Shown: positions 26,035 to 37,047, counted from the stretch's first letter. The stretch is DNA of 49,379 nucleotides from Pseudobdellovibrionaceae bacterium (GCA_041288045.1 JBGGMM010000051.1:1-49379); one strand, 5' to 3'. Numbers and translations: made by a program. Notes: generated by a model from the sequence alone, not told the origin.

Positions 26035-26769
26035 TTAAAGTTCACTCCAGTTGGTTTTTTGTTCGCCTTTCCAAAGACAGCCATCAGGGTCCACCTGTCG
26101 ATAGGGCACTTCTTGAAAAGGGTGTCGGTTCAGAGCATGAAGCAGAGCTTGAGTTTGAGCAGGCGTCAGAGTTTCTTTTGTCTGAGAAACTGCCAAGCTG
26201 ATTTCAAGCAGCAGACGATCCAGCACGTTGAACCAGGTCTCTTGGTTCAATTCATTGGGAAGCCGATCTGCCAAAGCAATCGAAGTGTCCACCGATGAGG
26301 TCGGGGCTTCAAAGACATTGACCCCAAGTCCGACGATCAGTCGATTGTAATTTCCCTGCTTGGTGGTTTGCGGAATGTTTTCAATGAGAATCCCAGCCAG
26401 TTTTCTGTCTTCAAGAAAAAGATCATTGGGAGCTTTCAAGCTGAATTTCAACCAGGGGAAGGAAGCTTTAAAAGCAGTCCAAACCGCCAAGCCAATGGCC
26501 GGCGAAAGAACAGGCTGTGGCGCTTTGCGAGTCACAAAAACCCAGCTCGAAAGCAAGGCTTTGCCCTCAGGAACATTGCTCCAGGAATTGCCGCCACGTC
26601 CGCGTCCGTTGGTCTGGTGATCAGTGAGGTAAAGTGTGACCGGACTTTCCGAAATCACGATTTCTTTGGCCACCGAGTTGGTGCTGGTCGCTTCGCCCTG
26701 ATACCAAACCGGAATTTGACTTTTATCCGACCAGGTCTTTGAAACTTCACCAATTTTGAAAGGAGCCAT
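26035..26769 (-). CDS. birA: Biotin--protein ligase (catalytic domain only, no HTH)
   Basis: TSTN, QTNGRGRGGNSW, LKAPNDL, KLAGILIE, VGLGVNV. Confidence 0.85.
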   Translation of the reverse strand: MAPFKIGEVSKTWSDKSQIPVWYQGEATSTNSVAKEIVISESPVTLYLTDHQTNGRGRGGNSWSNVPEGKALLSSWVFVTRKAPQPVLSPAIGLAVWTAFKASFPWLKFSLKAPNDLFLEDRKLAGILIENIPQTTKQGNYNRLIVGLGVNVFEAPTSSVDTSIALADRLPNELNQETWFNVLDRLLLEISLAVSQTKETLTPAQTQALLHALNRHPFQEVPYRQVDPDGCLWKGEQKTNWSEL

Positions 26770-26777
26770 AAACACCT

Positions 26778-27608
26778 CTATTCTTTTTCATTCCATTGGA
26801 ACATCAAACTGATATCTGCCGAAGGAGCTGAATGAGTCAGAGCTCCGACGCTGATAAAGTTCACACCAATTTCAGCAACTGAAGCCACTCGATCCAAAGT
26901 CATGTTTCCACTGGCTTCCGTTTCAATTGAGCCCGGGACCAGCTTCACGGCCTGGCTCAGCAGATTCTGATCCATATTGTCCAAAAGGATCCGCTGCACT
27001 TTCAAATCCACACACTCTTTCACATCCTCCAGAGTTCGAGCTTCAACTTCGATAGGGCCATTGTGGTGTTCGCGAATTCTCAAAACGGCAGGCGTGATCC
27101 CGCCCATCACCGAAATGTGATTGTCCTTGATCAAAATGGCAGAGCTTAAATTCATGCGATGATTGGCTCCGCCACCATGGAACACAGCTCGTTTTTCAAG
27201 CTCTCGATAGCCAGGCAGAGTCTTGCGAGTGTCGAGAATTTTTGTTCCATAGGGAGCTACTTTTTTGCAGAATTCAGCAGTGAAAGTGGCAATGCCAGAA
27301 AGATGCATCAAAAAATTCAGTGCCACTCGCTCAGCTTTGAGAATCTGAATCAAGTCCCCTTGCAAAGTGCAGAGGATTTGTTTTTTGAGAATCTGGTTTC
27401 CCTCTTCGAAATGCCATTTCAATTTGGCATTGGGTTCCAGTGTTTGCATTGTCTGTTCAAATGCGGCAGTTCCTGAAAGAATCATATCTTGTTTGGCGAT
27501 GAGCTTAGCTCGCCCCTGACGAGGAGATAAAGCCAAGGATTCTGTGGTCAGGTCGCCCGCAGGCATGTCTTCTTTGAGCGCAGCTCGAATGAGTTCCAGT
27601 AAATTCAT
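26778..27608 (-). CDS. nadC: Nicotinate-nucleotide pyrophosphorylase (carboxylating)
   Basis: ERVALN, DTRKTLPG, NHR, IKDNH, LLDN, EASG, SVGALTHS. Confidence 0.97.
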   Translation of the reverse strand: MNLLELIRAALKEDMPAGDLTTESLALSPRQGRAKLIAKQDMILSGTAAFEQTMQTLEPNAKLKWHFEEGNQILKKQILCTLQGDLIQILKAERVALNFLMHLSGIATFTAEFCKKVAPYGTKILDTRKTLPGYRELEKRAVFHGGGANHRMNLSSAILIKDNHISVMGGITPAVLRIREHHNGPIEVEARTLEDVKECVDLKVQRILLDNMDQNLLSQAVKLVPGSIETEASGNMTLDRVASVAEIGVNFISVGALTHSAPSADISLMFQWNEKE

Positions 27609-27617
27609 GCTGCCTTT

Positions 27618-28670
27618 TTACAGGCGTTCGGCATCTTTGAGAAGCTTTTGCAGCTCTTCACGAACAACGCGTTCCACAATTTCCGGCAAAAGTTTCCAGG
27701 CGACGTTTTCGAGAACGGCGCGGGCTTCTTGTCTTAAGACTTCCTCTGCGCGCATTGGGTCTAAAGCGCTGAGGCTCGTCGCTGAAGCCGACATTTGGGA
27801 CGGTGTTGTGAATGTTTTGGAAATGGGAGGAGTTTTGGCCGGCGTTTTTTTCGCTTGGGGCCGAGGCTCTGGATTGTCAATTTCATCTAAAGAGATCTCT
27901 TCAGCGCCAGAACTGAGAGCAATCGAAGTGTTGGTGAGATCTTCATCCGTAAACGAAAAGGCATCATCCTTGGGAATTTCAATTTTATATCGGCTCAGGT
28001 CCTGCCTGGACCAATCGTCGTTGGGAGCTGAAGCCGGTGCTTTGGTTTGAGGCAAACCCTGATTTTTCGGAAGAGGCACAGCTTGAAACTCTTCTGGCTC
28101 TTCAATTTCCTCCCAGGCAGATGGATCCTGCTCTGGTTCGGGAGTTGGAATTTTGGGAGCTGGTCTGGCCGGTGGAGCTTTTGGAACTCGCAAATCCGTC
28201 AGCTGCACGCCGACAGGTTCTTCTGCCGGAGATCTTTTGCCGTCTTCAACCATTTCTGGCATCTCGGGAAAACTGAGAAAATTGGCGATCAAGTTGGAGC
28301 CGAGAGACGGAACAAGTTCTTTCACTAAAGCTCTTAAAGTCTCAGCATCAAATGGCTTTTCCAAGCGCTGATCGGCTTTGCTGGTTTGAGCTTTGTTTTC
28401 ATCCAGCTCCATAAACCCGCTCCACATGAGAATCACCGGCGTTTTTTTCAGAGTGGGATCGGCCTTCAGTTCAGCTGAAACTTCGTAGCCATTTTTTTTG
28501 GCAAGAAGCACATCTGCAAACACAATATCCGGGTTAAAAGAGCGAGCGACTTGCAGAACATCGAGGCCAATGGGCACGGCTTTGACTTCGACACCGAAAT
28601 CTTGCAAAGCGAGCTGCATCACCTTCTTGATGGTGGAACTTTCATCAGCCAATAAGACGCGTAAAGCCAT
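27618..28670 (-). CDS. romR: RomR-like polarity response regulator
   Basis: N-terminal receiver, long Pro/Glu-rich linker, C-terminal helix ENVAWKLLPEIVERVVREEL resembling the RomR C-terminus. Confidence 0.75.
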   Translation of the reverse strand: MALRVLLADESSTIKKVMQLALQDFGVEVKAVPIGLDVLQVARSFNPDIVFADVLLAKKNGYEVSAELKADPTLKKTPVILMWSGFMELDENKAQTSKADQRLEKPFDAETLRALVKELVPSLGSNLIANFLSFPEMPEMVEDGKRSPAEEPVGVQLTDLRVPKAPPARPAPKIPTPEPEQDPSAWEEIEEPEEFQAVPLPKNQGLPQTKAPASAPNDDWSRQDLSRYKIEIPKDDAFSFTDEDLTNTSIALSSGAEEISLDEIDNPEPRPQAKKTPAKTPPISKTFTTPSQMSASATSLSALDPMRAEEVLRQEARAVLENVAWKLLPEIVERVVREELQKLLKDAERL

Positions 28671-28726
28671 AAATCAAGTACACATTTTTTCGAGACCTGA
28701 GTCAAGAGAAGGGATATTTTTATTTT

Positions 28727-29803
28727 ATGGGCAGTCGAATTGATCGCTATATCTCAGGACTTTTCTGGTTTTATTTCGTTGGCGGTTTGCTTGTGTTTAT
28801 CACTTTGTTTTTGGCGATCGATGCCCTGAGTACCATGGTGACCTATAAAGAAGCAGCCCTCAGTGCGCTGATTCCGTTTTATGCTTATGGCCTTCCAGAA
28901 ATTATTTATCGAATGGCGCCGGTCGCCTGTCTTTTGGCGACGATTTTCACTCTTTCAACTTTGAACCGAAACAACGAACTGGTGGCCCTTTTCGCGACTG
29001 GGATGAGTTTATTGCGAATCACTTCATCGATTCTTGTGTGGGTGTTTTTGATTTCGATTGGGATTTTTGTCCTGAGTGACCGAGTTCTGCCTGATTTCAC
29101 AAAGCAAAAGAATTTCATTTTTTACAAAGACATTAAGAAAAATCCCTCTTTGTATTCAATGGTGAGAAACGAAAAAATTTGGTATCGCTCCAAAGACACC
29201 ATTTTCAATATCAAAACACTCAATCCGGAACAAAAAGAAGCTCAAGGACTGACTCTTTATTATTTCAATCAGAATTGGGATCTCATCCAGATGATCACAG
29301 CCAAGAAAGTTCAATTGGCTGGTCAAAACTGGAACCTTTTTGATGGATCTGTGACCCTGTTCACTGAGGATTCTAGCTTTCCGTTGACCAGTCAGTTCAC
29401 TAAAAAAAGCATTGTCATGTCAGAAGATGCCAAGGATTTGGGGACTTCGGCCAACACAGCCGATGTCTTGAGCATGAGTGAGCTGAAAAACTTCATTAAA
29501 CGAAACAAAGAAGCTGGGCTGGATACAGTCAGCTACGAGGTTGATTACCAGTCCAAGTACGGATTTGCCTTTGCGGCTTTGGTGATGACTTTGGTTGGAA
29601 TCCCATTTTCCGTCGGCCGCCAGCGCTCTGGGGGATTGATGCTCAATATGGGGATTTGCTTGGGGCTCGTTTTTGTCTATTGGATTCTCTACTCTTCAGC
29701 TCTAACCCTCGGAAAGCACGGACAAATCAATCCTCTTGCTGCGGCCTGGGTCCCCAATATCGCCATGGGCCTTTTCGGCCTCTACCGAACCCGAAAAATG
29801 TAG
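28727..29803 (+). CDS. lptG: LPS export ABC transporter permease (LptF/LptG family)
   Basis: IDRYI, NNELVALFATGMS, periplasmic beta-jellyroll, AAWVPNI. Confidence 0.85.
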   Translation: MGSRIDRYISGLFWFYFVGGLLVFITLFLAIDALSTMVTYKEAALSALIPFYAYGLPEIIYRMAPVACLLATIFTLSTLNRNNELVALFATGMSLLRITSSILVWVFLISIGIFVLSDRVLPDFTKQKNFIFYKDIKKNPSLYSMVRNEKIWYRSKDTIFNIKTLNPEQKEAQGLTLYYFNQNWDLIQMITAKKVQLAGQNWNLFDGSVTLFTEDSSFPLTSQFTKKSIVMSEDAKDLGTSANTADVLSMSELKNFIKRNKEAGLDTVSYEVDYQSKYGFAFAALVMTLVGIPFSVGRQRSGGLMLNMGICLGLVFVYWILYSSALTLGKHGQINPLAAAWVPNIAMGLFGLYRTRKM

Positions 29804-29811
29804 AGAAAATC

Positions 29812-29838
29812 GAGGGTGCCTTTCTCTTTTTCCTTCAC
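29812..29838. repeat. Solo end of the MITE-like element at 37048
   Basis: GAGGGTGCCTTTCTCTTTTTCCTTCAC is identical to 37046-37072 (27 bp). Confidence 0.85.
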
Positions 29839-29941
29839 GCGCCGCTTCAAATGGAGGCGAGCTTGGGCTATAATTGAAGGGCTGAGCCGAGACATTCTCA
29901 ACTGAATCTGTTATAAGAACTGTCTCGATTGAAAGGGATTT

Positions 29942-30529
29942 ATGGCCATACTTGAAGTTCTCAAATACCCAGATCCTCGTTTGCGGGAAATTTCAAAGCC
30001 CGTTGAGAAGTTCACGGCTGATCTCAAAAAGCTGGCTGCCGACATGCTGGAAACCATGTACTCAGAAAATGGCATTGGTCTGGCAGCTCCGCAAGTGGGT
30101 CAACTCATTCGCATGCTAGTGATCGATACCAGTCCGCGCGACACCAAAGGCCGATATGAAAAAAATGAAATGTCCGAGCTGGAATCTCAAATCGATCAGC
30201 CGCTGGTCATCATCAATCCGGAAATCGTCAAGGGTGAAGGAAAAACCACGTTCAGCGAAGGTTGCCTCAGTGTTCCTTCTTTTTTTGAAGACGTTGAAAG
30301 ATTCCAAACCATTGAACTGAAATACCAGGATCTGGATGGCAATTCGAAAATTTTAAAAGCCGATGGTCTTCTTGCCATTTGTATCCAGCATGAAATGGAT
30401 CATCTCGAAGGCACTTTGTTCATCGATCATCTCAGTTTTATCAAAAGCAACAAAATCAAAAACTCGATTAAAAAGCACGGTTATCCCGTGAAAGAAAAAG
30501 ACGAAGAAAAAGAAGAAGTCAAAGTGTGA
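29942..30529 (+). CDS. def: Peptide deformylase
   Basis: GIGLAAPQVG, EGCLS, QHEMDHL. Confidence 0.98.
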   Translation: MAILEVLKYPDPRLREISKPVEKFTADLKKLAADMLETMYSENGIGLAAPQVGQLIRMLVIDTSPRDTKGRYEKNEMSELESQIDQPLVIINPEIVKGEGKTTFSEGCLSVPSFFEDVERFQTIELKYQDLDGNSKILKADGLLAICIQHEMDHLEGTLFIDHLSFIKSNKIKNSIKKHGYPVKEKDEEKEEVKV

Positions 30530-31464
30530 GCAAAGTCCGCGTCTGTTTTCTTGGAACACCTGAATTCGCTCTGACCTCATTGAAAGCTCTGCTCTCTGAT
30601 GACCATTACGAAATTGTCGGAGTGGTGACTCAACCAGATCGCCCGGCTGGACGTAAAATGCAGCTCACTCCCAGTCCAGTGAAAATTCATGCTCAAGCAC
30701 AAGGTTTGAAAGTGCTCTCTCCAGAATCTGTGAATAAGGATTTTATCCTGGAGGAAATTCAAAAGTGGGGAGCTGAGATCGCCGTGGTTGTCGCTTTTGG
30801 CCAGATTCTTTCTACCAAGTTTCTCAATCTTTTTCCCTTCGGTGCTGTGAATGTGCATGGCTCGATTCTGCCTCGCTGGCGGGGGGCGGCTCCGATCCAA
30901 AGAGCTCTCGAAGCTGGTGATGAAGAGACCGGAGTGACTTTGCAAAAAGTCGTCAAAGAATTGGATGCTGGTGATTTGCTGGGAATTCGCAAAATGAAAA
31001 TTCCAAACGATATGGATGCTTGGCAGTTGCATGACCAGTTGGCTCTCTTGGGCTGTGATCTTTTGCACATTGAACTGATGGATTATATGCGCGGTAATTT
31101 GGCTCCCGTACCACAAGATCCAGCCGGCGTGACTTACGCAAAAAAAATTGAAAAATCAGAGGCTGAAATCAAATGGTCGCTTCCGGCCGAAGGAATTCAT
31201 AACAAAGTCCGAGCTTTTCATATGGGACCAGGGACTTTCACGACTTTGAATGGCAAGAAATTGAAAATTCACCAAACCAAAGTCACAATCGGCTCAGGTC
31301 AACCTGGGGCTGTGCTTGAAGCCTCAGATCGAGCTTTGATCGTTGCCACTGGGCAAGGAGCTTTGGAAATTTTAGTGATTCAGCCCGAGTCTCGCAATAA
31401 GATCGGAATCTCCGAATTTCTGAAAGGCAATCCTCTCAAAAAGGGAGACCATCTTGGCTCGTAA
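30526..31464 (+). CDS. fmt: Methionyl-tRNA formyltransferase
   Basis: FLGTPEFA, TQPDRPAGR, NVHGSILPRWRGAAPIQ, LDAG. Confidence 0.98.
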   Translation: MSKVRVCFLGTPEFALTSLKALLSDDHYEIVGVVTQPDRPAGRKMQLTPSPVKIHAQAQGLKVLSPESVNKDFILEEIQKWGAEIAVVVAFGQILSTKFLNLFPFGAVNVHGSILPRWRGAAPIQRALEAGDEETGVTLQKVVKELDAGDLLGIRKMKIPNDMDAWQLHDQLALLGCDLLHIELMDYMRGNLAPVPQDPAGVTYAKKIEKSEAEIKWSLPAEGIHNKVRAFHMGPGTFTTLNGKKLKIHQTKVTIGSGQPGAVLEASDRALIVATGQGALEILVIQPESRNKIGISEFLKGNPLKKGDHLGS

Positions 31465-32116
31465 AAAGAAAGTCGCTCCTTCGATTCTGTCAGCTGATTT
31501 TGCTCGATTGGGTGAAGAGATTCAAGCCGTCACCAAAGCTGGTGCGGATTGGATTCATGTCGATGTGATGGATGGACATTTTGTCAATAACATCACCATT
31601 GGCATTCCGGTTGTGAAGTCTTTGAAAAAATTCACGACAGTTCCCTTGGATGTGCATCTGATGATTGAGAAGCCGGAAAAATATGTGGATCAGTTTGTCA
31701 AAGCGGGCGCTGACTATTTGACCATTCACGTGGAATCCACTGAAGATCCAGAAAAAGTCCTCAAGCAAATTCGCCAAGCCGGAGCAAAGCCGGGGATCAC
31801 TCTCAGACCTGGCACTGCACTGGATGAAATTCGGCCCTTCTTGCATCTTGTTGAATTGGTTTTGATTATGACTGTAGAGCCTGGCTTTGGGGGTCAGGCC
31901 TTTATGAAAGATCAAGTTGCAAAGATTCACTCTCTCCGACAGGAAATCGATCAAAAAGGCCTTCAAGTGCTGATCGAAGTCGACGGTGGCGTCAGTGATC
32001 AAACCCTCGCTTATCTCGACGATGTCGACGTGCTGGTGGCGGGAAGTTATATCTTCGGCAATGATTACGAAAAAGCCATTACAAGCTTAAAATCCGGAGA
32101 AAAAAAATATGTCTGA
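31454..32116 (+). CDS. rpe: Ribulose-phosphate 3-epimerase
   Basis: APSILSADF, HVDVMDGHFV, MTVEPGFGGQ, EVDGG. Confidence 0.98.
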   Translation: MARKKKVAPSILSADFARLGEEIQAVTKAGADWIHVDVMDGHFVNNITIGIPVVKSLKKFTTVPLDVHLMIEKPEKYVDQFVKAGADYLTIHVESTEDPEKVLKQIRQAGAKPGITLRPGTALDEIRPFLHLVELVLIMTVEPGFGGQAFMKDQVAKIHSLRQEIDQKGLQVLIEVDGGVSDQTLAYLDDVDVLVAGSYIFGNDYEKAITSLKSGEKKYV

Positions 32117-33659
32117 AGTGATTCAGCTGACGGGCGAATCTGTCACGATCGATCATGTGCGCAAAGTGGCCTTTGCCAGGCCCGGAACTTTGCGAGTGGA
32201 GCTTGCTCCCTTCAGCCGCGAGAAAATGACAGAGTCTCGTTCTTACATCGAAGGCCGAATCTCCAAAGGCGAAGTGATGTATGGAGTGAATACAGGCTTT
32301 GGTCTTTTCAGCAATGTGCGCATTTCGGATTCAGAAATTGAAGAATTGCAGAAAAATTTGATCCGTTCTCACTCGGCTGGGATTGGAACTCCATTCACTC
32401 AAGAAGAGACGAGAGCGATTTTGTTTCTTCGCGCCAATGCTTTGGCCCGCGGACACAGCGGGATCAGACCCGCTGTCGTTGAAAAAATTCTTGAATTTCT
32501 CAATCAACACATCACTCCAGTGATTCCCTCTCAGGGATCTGTGGGAGCCAGTGGAGATTTGGCGCCATTGTCCCATCTCGCCTTGGCTTTGATCGGCGAG
32601 GGAGAAGCTTGGGATGAAAATGGCAAGTCTGTGGATGTGCAGAAGCTTCTCACACAGAAAAAAATCGAACCCCTTCTTTTACAAGCCAAAGAAGGCCTGT
32701 CACTGATTAACGGGTGCCAGGTGATGACTGCTGTCGGAATGCTCGGGGCCTTTGATGCGCGACGATTTCTGTGGCTGACGGACCTCGCCGGTGCCATGTC
32801 GCTGGAAGCTCTTCGTGGATCTCGAAAAGCTTTTGATCCGCTGATTGCAGCGACAAGACCACACCCGGGAGAAGCAAAAACTGCCCGCAACTTGCTGAAG
32901 CTGCTTGGTTCCACAAGTGAAATCGCCGAGAGCCATGAAGGCTGCAGTCGTGTTCAGGATGCTTATTCGCTTCGCTGCATGCCTGCAGTTCATGGGGCTG
33001 CGAAAGATTCTCTTGGGTATGTTTGGAAAGTTCTGGAAACTGAAGCCAATTCTTCAACCGACAACCCCTTGGTGTTTGCCAAAGAGAACAAAGTTCTCTC
33101 CTGTGGAAATTTTCACGGCGAGCCTGTGGCTTTTGCTTTGGATTTTGCAGCCATCAGTATCAGTGCAGTGGCCAATATTTCCGAGTGCCGCATTGAAAAA
33201 CTGATCAATCCTTCCATGAGTGAGCTTCCGGCTTTTTTGACTCCGCAAGGGGGTCTCAATTCGGGTCATATGATTGTGCAAGTGGCGGCCGCTTCCCTGG
33301 TGAGTGAAAATAAAATTCTCGCCCATCCCGCTTCTGTCGATAGCATTCCCACTTCGGCGGACAAAGAAGATCATGTGAGCATGGGAACGATCGCCGCTCG
33401 AAAATTCGTGCAGATCGTTCGCAATGCCGAAAATGTAGTGGCGATGGAAATGCTTTCGGCGTGTCAAGCTTTGGATTTGCTCAAGCCACTGAGGCCTTCA
33501 TCGGCAGTGCTTTCAGCTTACGAAAAAATTCGCGAGAAAGTTCCTTTTGCCGCAAAAGACCGGGTCTTTTCAAAGGACATCAATCAGATTCGCCAGATGA
33601 TTCAGGCCGAAGAAATTTCTTCGGCTTTGCAGAAATCGGTGGGCTCTTTAGAATTTTAA
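32109..33659 (+). CDS. hutH: Histidine ammonia-lyase
   Basis: [20 protein letters not shown] (MIO-forming ASG), [16 protein letters not shown]. Confidence 0.97.
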   Translation: MSEVIQLTGESVTIDHVRKVAFARPGTLRVELAPFSREKMTESRSYIEGRISKGEVMYGVNTGFGLFSNVRISDSEIEELQKNLIRSHSAGIGTPFTQEETRAILFLRANALARGHSGIRPAVVEKILEFLNQHITPVIPSQGSVGASGDLAPLSHLALALIGEGEAWDENGKSVDVQKLLTQKKIEPLLLQAKEGLSLINGCQVMTAVGMLGAFDARRFLWLTDLAGAMSLEALRGSRKAFDPLIAATRPHPGEAKTARNLLKLLGSTSEIAESHEGCSRVQDAYSLRCMPAVHGAAKDSLGYVWKVLETEANSSTDNPLVFAKENKVLSCGNFHGEPVAFALDFAAISISAVANISECRIEKLINPSMSELPAFLTPQGGLNSGHMIVQVAAASLVSENKILAHPASVDSIPTSADKEDHVSMGTIAARKFVQIVRNAENVVAMEMLSACQALDLLKPLRPSSAVLSAYEKIREKVPFAAKDRVFSKDINQIRQMIQAEEISSALQKSVGSLEF

Positions 33660-33678
33660 TTCGTTGAAGGAGAATGAA

Positions 33679-35325
33679 ATGTCTCGCACAGTGAAATCCC
33701 CAACCGGAACAAAATTGCACTGCAAAGGCTGGTTGCAAGAGGCCGCTTATCGAATGATTCAAAACAATTTGGATCCCTCAGTCGCCGAGCATCCGGAAGA
33801 CCTGATTGTCTATGGCGGGATCGGCAAAGCCGCCAGAAATTGGGAGAGCTTTGATAAAATTTTGGAAGCCTTGAAAACACTTGAAAACAACGAGACTCTG
33901 CTGGTGCAATCGGGAAAGCCCATCGGCATTCTTCGCACTCATGAAGATGCGCCCCGAGTGCTGCTGGCCAACTCCAATCTTGTCCCGAAATGGGCAACTT
34001 GGGAGCATTTTCATGAGCTGGATAAAAAAGGCTTGATGATGTTTGGTCAAATGACGGCTGGATCTTGGATTTACATTGGCACTCAGGGCATCATTCAGGG
34101 AACTTATGAAACTTTTGTCGAAGCGGGACGTCAGCATTTTGGTGGGTCACTGAAAGGAAAAGTGATTCTGACTGCCGGCCTGGGCGGTATGGGCGGAGCT
34201 CAACCTCTCGCCGGTGTTTTTGCTGGGGCCTGTGTTTTGGCTGTTGAAATTGATCCGACTCGAATTCAAAAACGTCTTGAAACGAAATACGTCGATGAGG
34301 TTGCAACCGACATCGATGATGCCATTGCCCGAGTTCGCAAGTATGCGGCCAGCGGAGAGGCCAAATCCATTGCTCTTCAAGGCAATGCGGCCACATTGAT
34401 CCACGAATTCATCAAAAAAGATTTCGTCCCCGATCTTTTGACCGATCAGACTTCGGCTCATGATCCTTTGGTGGGATACATTCCGGAAGGCTACAGCATT
34501 GAAACTGCTGCCGTCTTTCGCAAGCAGGATCAAAAGGCTTATTTGCAGGCAGCTTACGCCAGTATGGCCAAGCATGTGCAAGGCATGCTGGAAATGCAAA
34601 AGCGGGGAGCTGTGACTTTTGATTATGGCAATAACCTTCGGGCTCGCGCCAAAGAGGCAGGAGTCGAAAACGCTTTTGATTTCCCAGGTTTTGTTCCGGC
34701 CTACATTCGTCCTTTGTTCTGCAAAGGCAGCGGTCCCTTTCGTTGGGTGGCTCTGTCGGGCGATGCGCAGGACATTCAAGTGACAGACAATGCTCTTCGC
34801 GAACTTTTTCCGCACAAGAAAGATCTTTTGCGCTGGCTCGAGATGGCTGAAAAGCGCATTGCTTACCAGGGGCTTCCGGCTCGCATCTGCTGGCTTGAAT
34901 ACGGCGAAAGAGCGAAAGCTGGACTTTTGTTCAATGAACTGGTTCGCACTGGAAAAGTAAAAGCACCACTTGTCATTGGTCGAGATCATTTGGACTGCGG
35001 TTCCGTGGCGTCTCCAAATCGTGAAACAGAAGCGATGAAAGATGGTTCGGATGCGGTCAGTGACTGGCCACTTTTGAATGCCATGGTCAACACGGCCTGC
35101 GGTTCCACATGGGTGTCATTGCACCACGGGGGTGGAGTCGGCATGGGGTATTCTCAACACGCCGGCCAAGTGATCGTCGCCGATGGCACCGAAGCCGCTG
35201 CTCGGAGATTGGAAAGAGTTCTCACTGCGGATCCAGCCATGGGAGTTTTCCGCCATGTGGATGCCGGCTATGAAGAAGCTGCCAAAGTCGCTCGTGAAAG
35301 AGGCGTTAAGAGTCTTTGGATTTAG
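33679..35325 (+). CDS. hutU: Urocanate hydratase
   Basis: [38 protein letters not shown]. Confidence 0.98.
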   Translation: MSRTVKSPTGTKLHCKGWLQEAAYRMIQNNLDPSVAEHPEDLIVYGGIGKAARNWESFDKILEALKTLENNETLLVQSGKPIGILRTHEDAPRVLLANSNLVPKWATWEHFHELDKKGLMMFGQMTAGSWIYIGTQGIIQGTYETFVEAGRQHFGGSLKGKVILTAGLGGMGGAQPLAGVFAGACVLAVEIDPTRIQKRLETKYVDEVATDIDDAIARVRKYAASGEAKSIALQGNAATLIHEFIKKDFVPDLLTDQTSAHDPLVGYIPEGYSIETAAVFRKQDQKAYLQAAYASMAKHVQGMLEMQKRGAVTFDYGNNLRARAKEAGVENAFDFPGFVPAYIRPLFCKGSGPFRWVALSGDAQDIQVTDNALRELFPHKKDLLRWLEMAEKRIAYQGLPARICWLEYGERAKAGLLFNELVRTGKVKAPLVIGRDHLDCGSVASPNRETEAMKDGSDAVSDWPLLNAMVNTACGSTWVSLHHGGGVGMGYSQHAGQVIVADGTEAAARRLERVLTADPAMGVFRHVDAGYEEAAKVARERGVKSLWI

Positions 35326-35419
35326 GTCCAGAGACATGGTTTAAAATCCAGTTTCTAGTCTCGCGTCCTGTCGAGAGTTCAGCCATTTCGACCGAAAAAT
35401 CAAGGTCGGGAGGCAACTG

Positions 35420-36640
35420 GTGTTTCGGCTTTCTCCAATGTTTTTCATCTGCTTCGTGGGCTTGTCAATTCTGACGGCTTTTGGAATTCATTCATTCACA
35501 TCATCAGGGTCAGGGAGCAAAAGTTTTGCCTCGACGGATCCACTCAATCAAGATTTCGAAGGGGCTCGATCTTCAACATCCCTGACGATTGGTTCCGTGG
35601 ATTCAAAGAATTTTGAATTTGAAGATGAGTCTCAATGTTCTGATGCCAGAAAGGTCTATGAGAGATCTTTTGCAAGAAATATCCCGTCGCTCTTTCGAGA
35701 TGATCGAGTTCGGTCCTTCAGTGATTTTCCAAGAGCCTGTATGACTTTCATTTTGAATAACAGTATGGGAAGCGGAAATTCGAGTTCAGCCTCTTTGGCA
35801 GTCTGTTCTTCTGAGAAAAGTGGAGCCAAACGAAATGGCTCTAAGGCCTGCTTGACAAAGACCTATGTGAACACTCTTTACAATTATTTTGGCGATGTTT
35901 TCGATTGCATGGGAGTGCCACAAAAAGAGTACTTGCCAAAGATCTTTAATGAAAGTGGATTTCAGATGGCGGCCTTTGGGCGAAAGCAAGAGGCTGGCCT
36001 AGGGTATCTGCTATCGATTGCTGTGAAAGACGCCAACAATGATCACTCATTTGAGAAATTCAAAGAAAAAATTCTGTCGGATGCAGCTGACAAGGAATCA
36101 TGCAGAAATATTTCTGCTCAAGTGAAAAACTTGGCTCCTCTTGATCCGGGTCCCGCGGGAAAATGTGGATTGATGGTATCTCCCAGCAACCCTTTGCTGA
36201 ATCTTTTCTATGTGGGAGTGAAATACTGGAAAGATCGCGGTTACATTGAGGACGCTCTAGCGCAAATGAAGATCATCGAACGCATGAGTCGATTGGGGTT
36301 GGATGAAGACAGTTACTCCAGGGAGCAGCTCTATCAGATCCTCAATACAATTGGATTCAATGCAGGTCCTGTCACGGCAGTGACACTGTTGCATGGCTAT
36401 TTGAAAAAAGTGGAAAGCCAAGGTCGGAAACTGACGCTTCAAGATTTTAATTTTGAAGAACCCGACCTCGGGTCATTAGAAAATCGAAAAGCTTGGGAAG
36501 GTGGTTTTGCCTATTACCTTCGTGTGAATCAAGCTCCTGGAACAAAAACTTATGGAATTATTTTAAAAGAGAGAGCTCAAGAGCTCAATCAGGTTTTTAA
36601 GGAGGGGGTATGCGTCCCCAATTCATATTTGGCACTTTAG
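35420..36640 (+). CDS. Secreted/anchored Cys-rich protein with a possible lytic-transglycosylase-like domain
   Basis: N-terminal hydrophobic segment; KIFNESGF, AGLGYL and GFNAGP resemble SLT motifs I-III. Confidence 0.55.
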   Translation: MFRLSPMFFICFVGLSILTAFGIHSFTSSGSGSKSFASTDPLNQDFEGARSSTSLTIGSVDSKNFEFEDESQCSDARKVYERSFARNIPSLFRDDRVRSFSDFPRACMTFILNNSMGSGNSSSASLAVCSSEKSGAKRNGSKACLTKTYVNTLYNYFGDVFDCMGVPQKEYLPKIFNESGFQMAAFGRKQEAGLGYLLSIAVKDANNDHSFEKFKEKILSDAADKESCRNISAQVKNLAPLDPGPAGKCGLMVSPSNPLLNLFYVGVKYWKDRGYIEDALAQMKIIERMSRLGLDEDSYSREQLYQILNTIGFNAGPVTAVTLLHGYLKKVESQGRKLTLQDFNFEEPDLGSLENRKAWEGGFAYYLRVNQAPGTKTYGIILKERAQELNQVFKEGVCVPNSYLAL

Positions 36641-37038
36641 TTGTTGGGATTTTCTTTTTCAGTCACGCCTTGATGGGAAAGAAAGATAATTACACGTCGC
36701 AATTGAGCGTTCGGCAACAAGTTGATTCTGAAATTGATAATTTGAAGAAAAATCTCTCGCAGTCTCATCCTCTGCTGGAGAAATGGAAATTTTTAGCCAA
36801 GTCCGAATCACAAATCGAGACTCTCAGAAAGAAAAGTCCTCTTCAAATCGATAAAGATGAATTTTATATGGATCAGCTGGCATTGAGCCTAAAAAGAATT
36901 CCAAGAGATAAAGATTTCAAAACTGAAAACTGCGAAAGTTATCAGACTTCAATTCTTGCGCAATTCGACCCGCAATCAGAAAAACAATCGGAACCAATTT
37001 CTCAAACCCTAGGAATCCTCGAAATCCTCTGCAAGTAG
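36610..37038 (+). CDS. Hypothetical secreted protein
   Basis: Signal-like N-terminus, helical, two Cys; GGAGG upstream; overlaps the previous gene. Confidence 0.7.
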   Translation: MRPQFIFGTLVVGIFFFSHALMGKKDNYTSQLSVRQQVDSEIDNLKKNLSQSHPLLEKWKFLAKSESQIETLRKKSPLQIDKDEFYMDQLALSLKRIPRDKDFKTENCESYQTSILAQFDPQSEKQSEPISQTLGILEILCK

Positions 37039-37047
37039 AGGGTTAGA

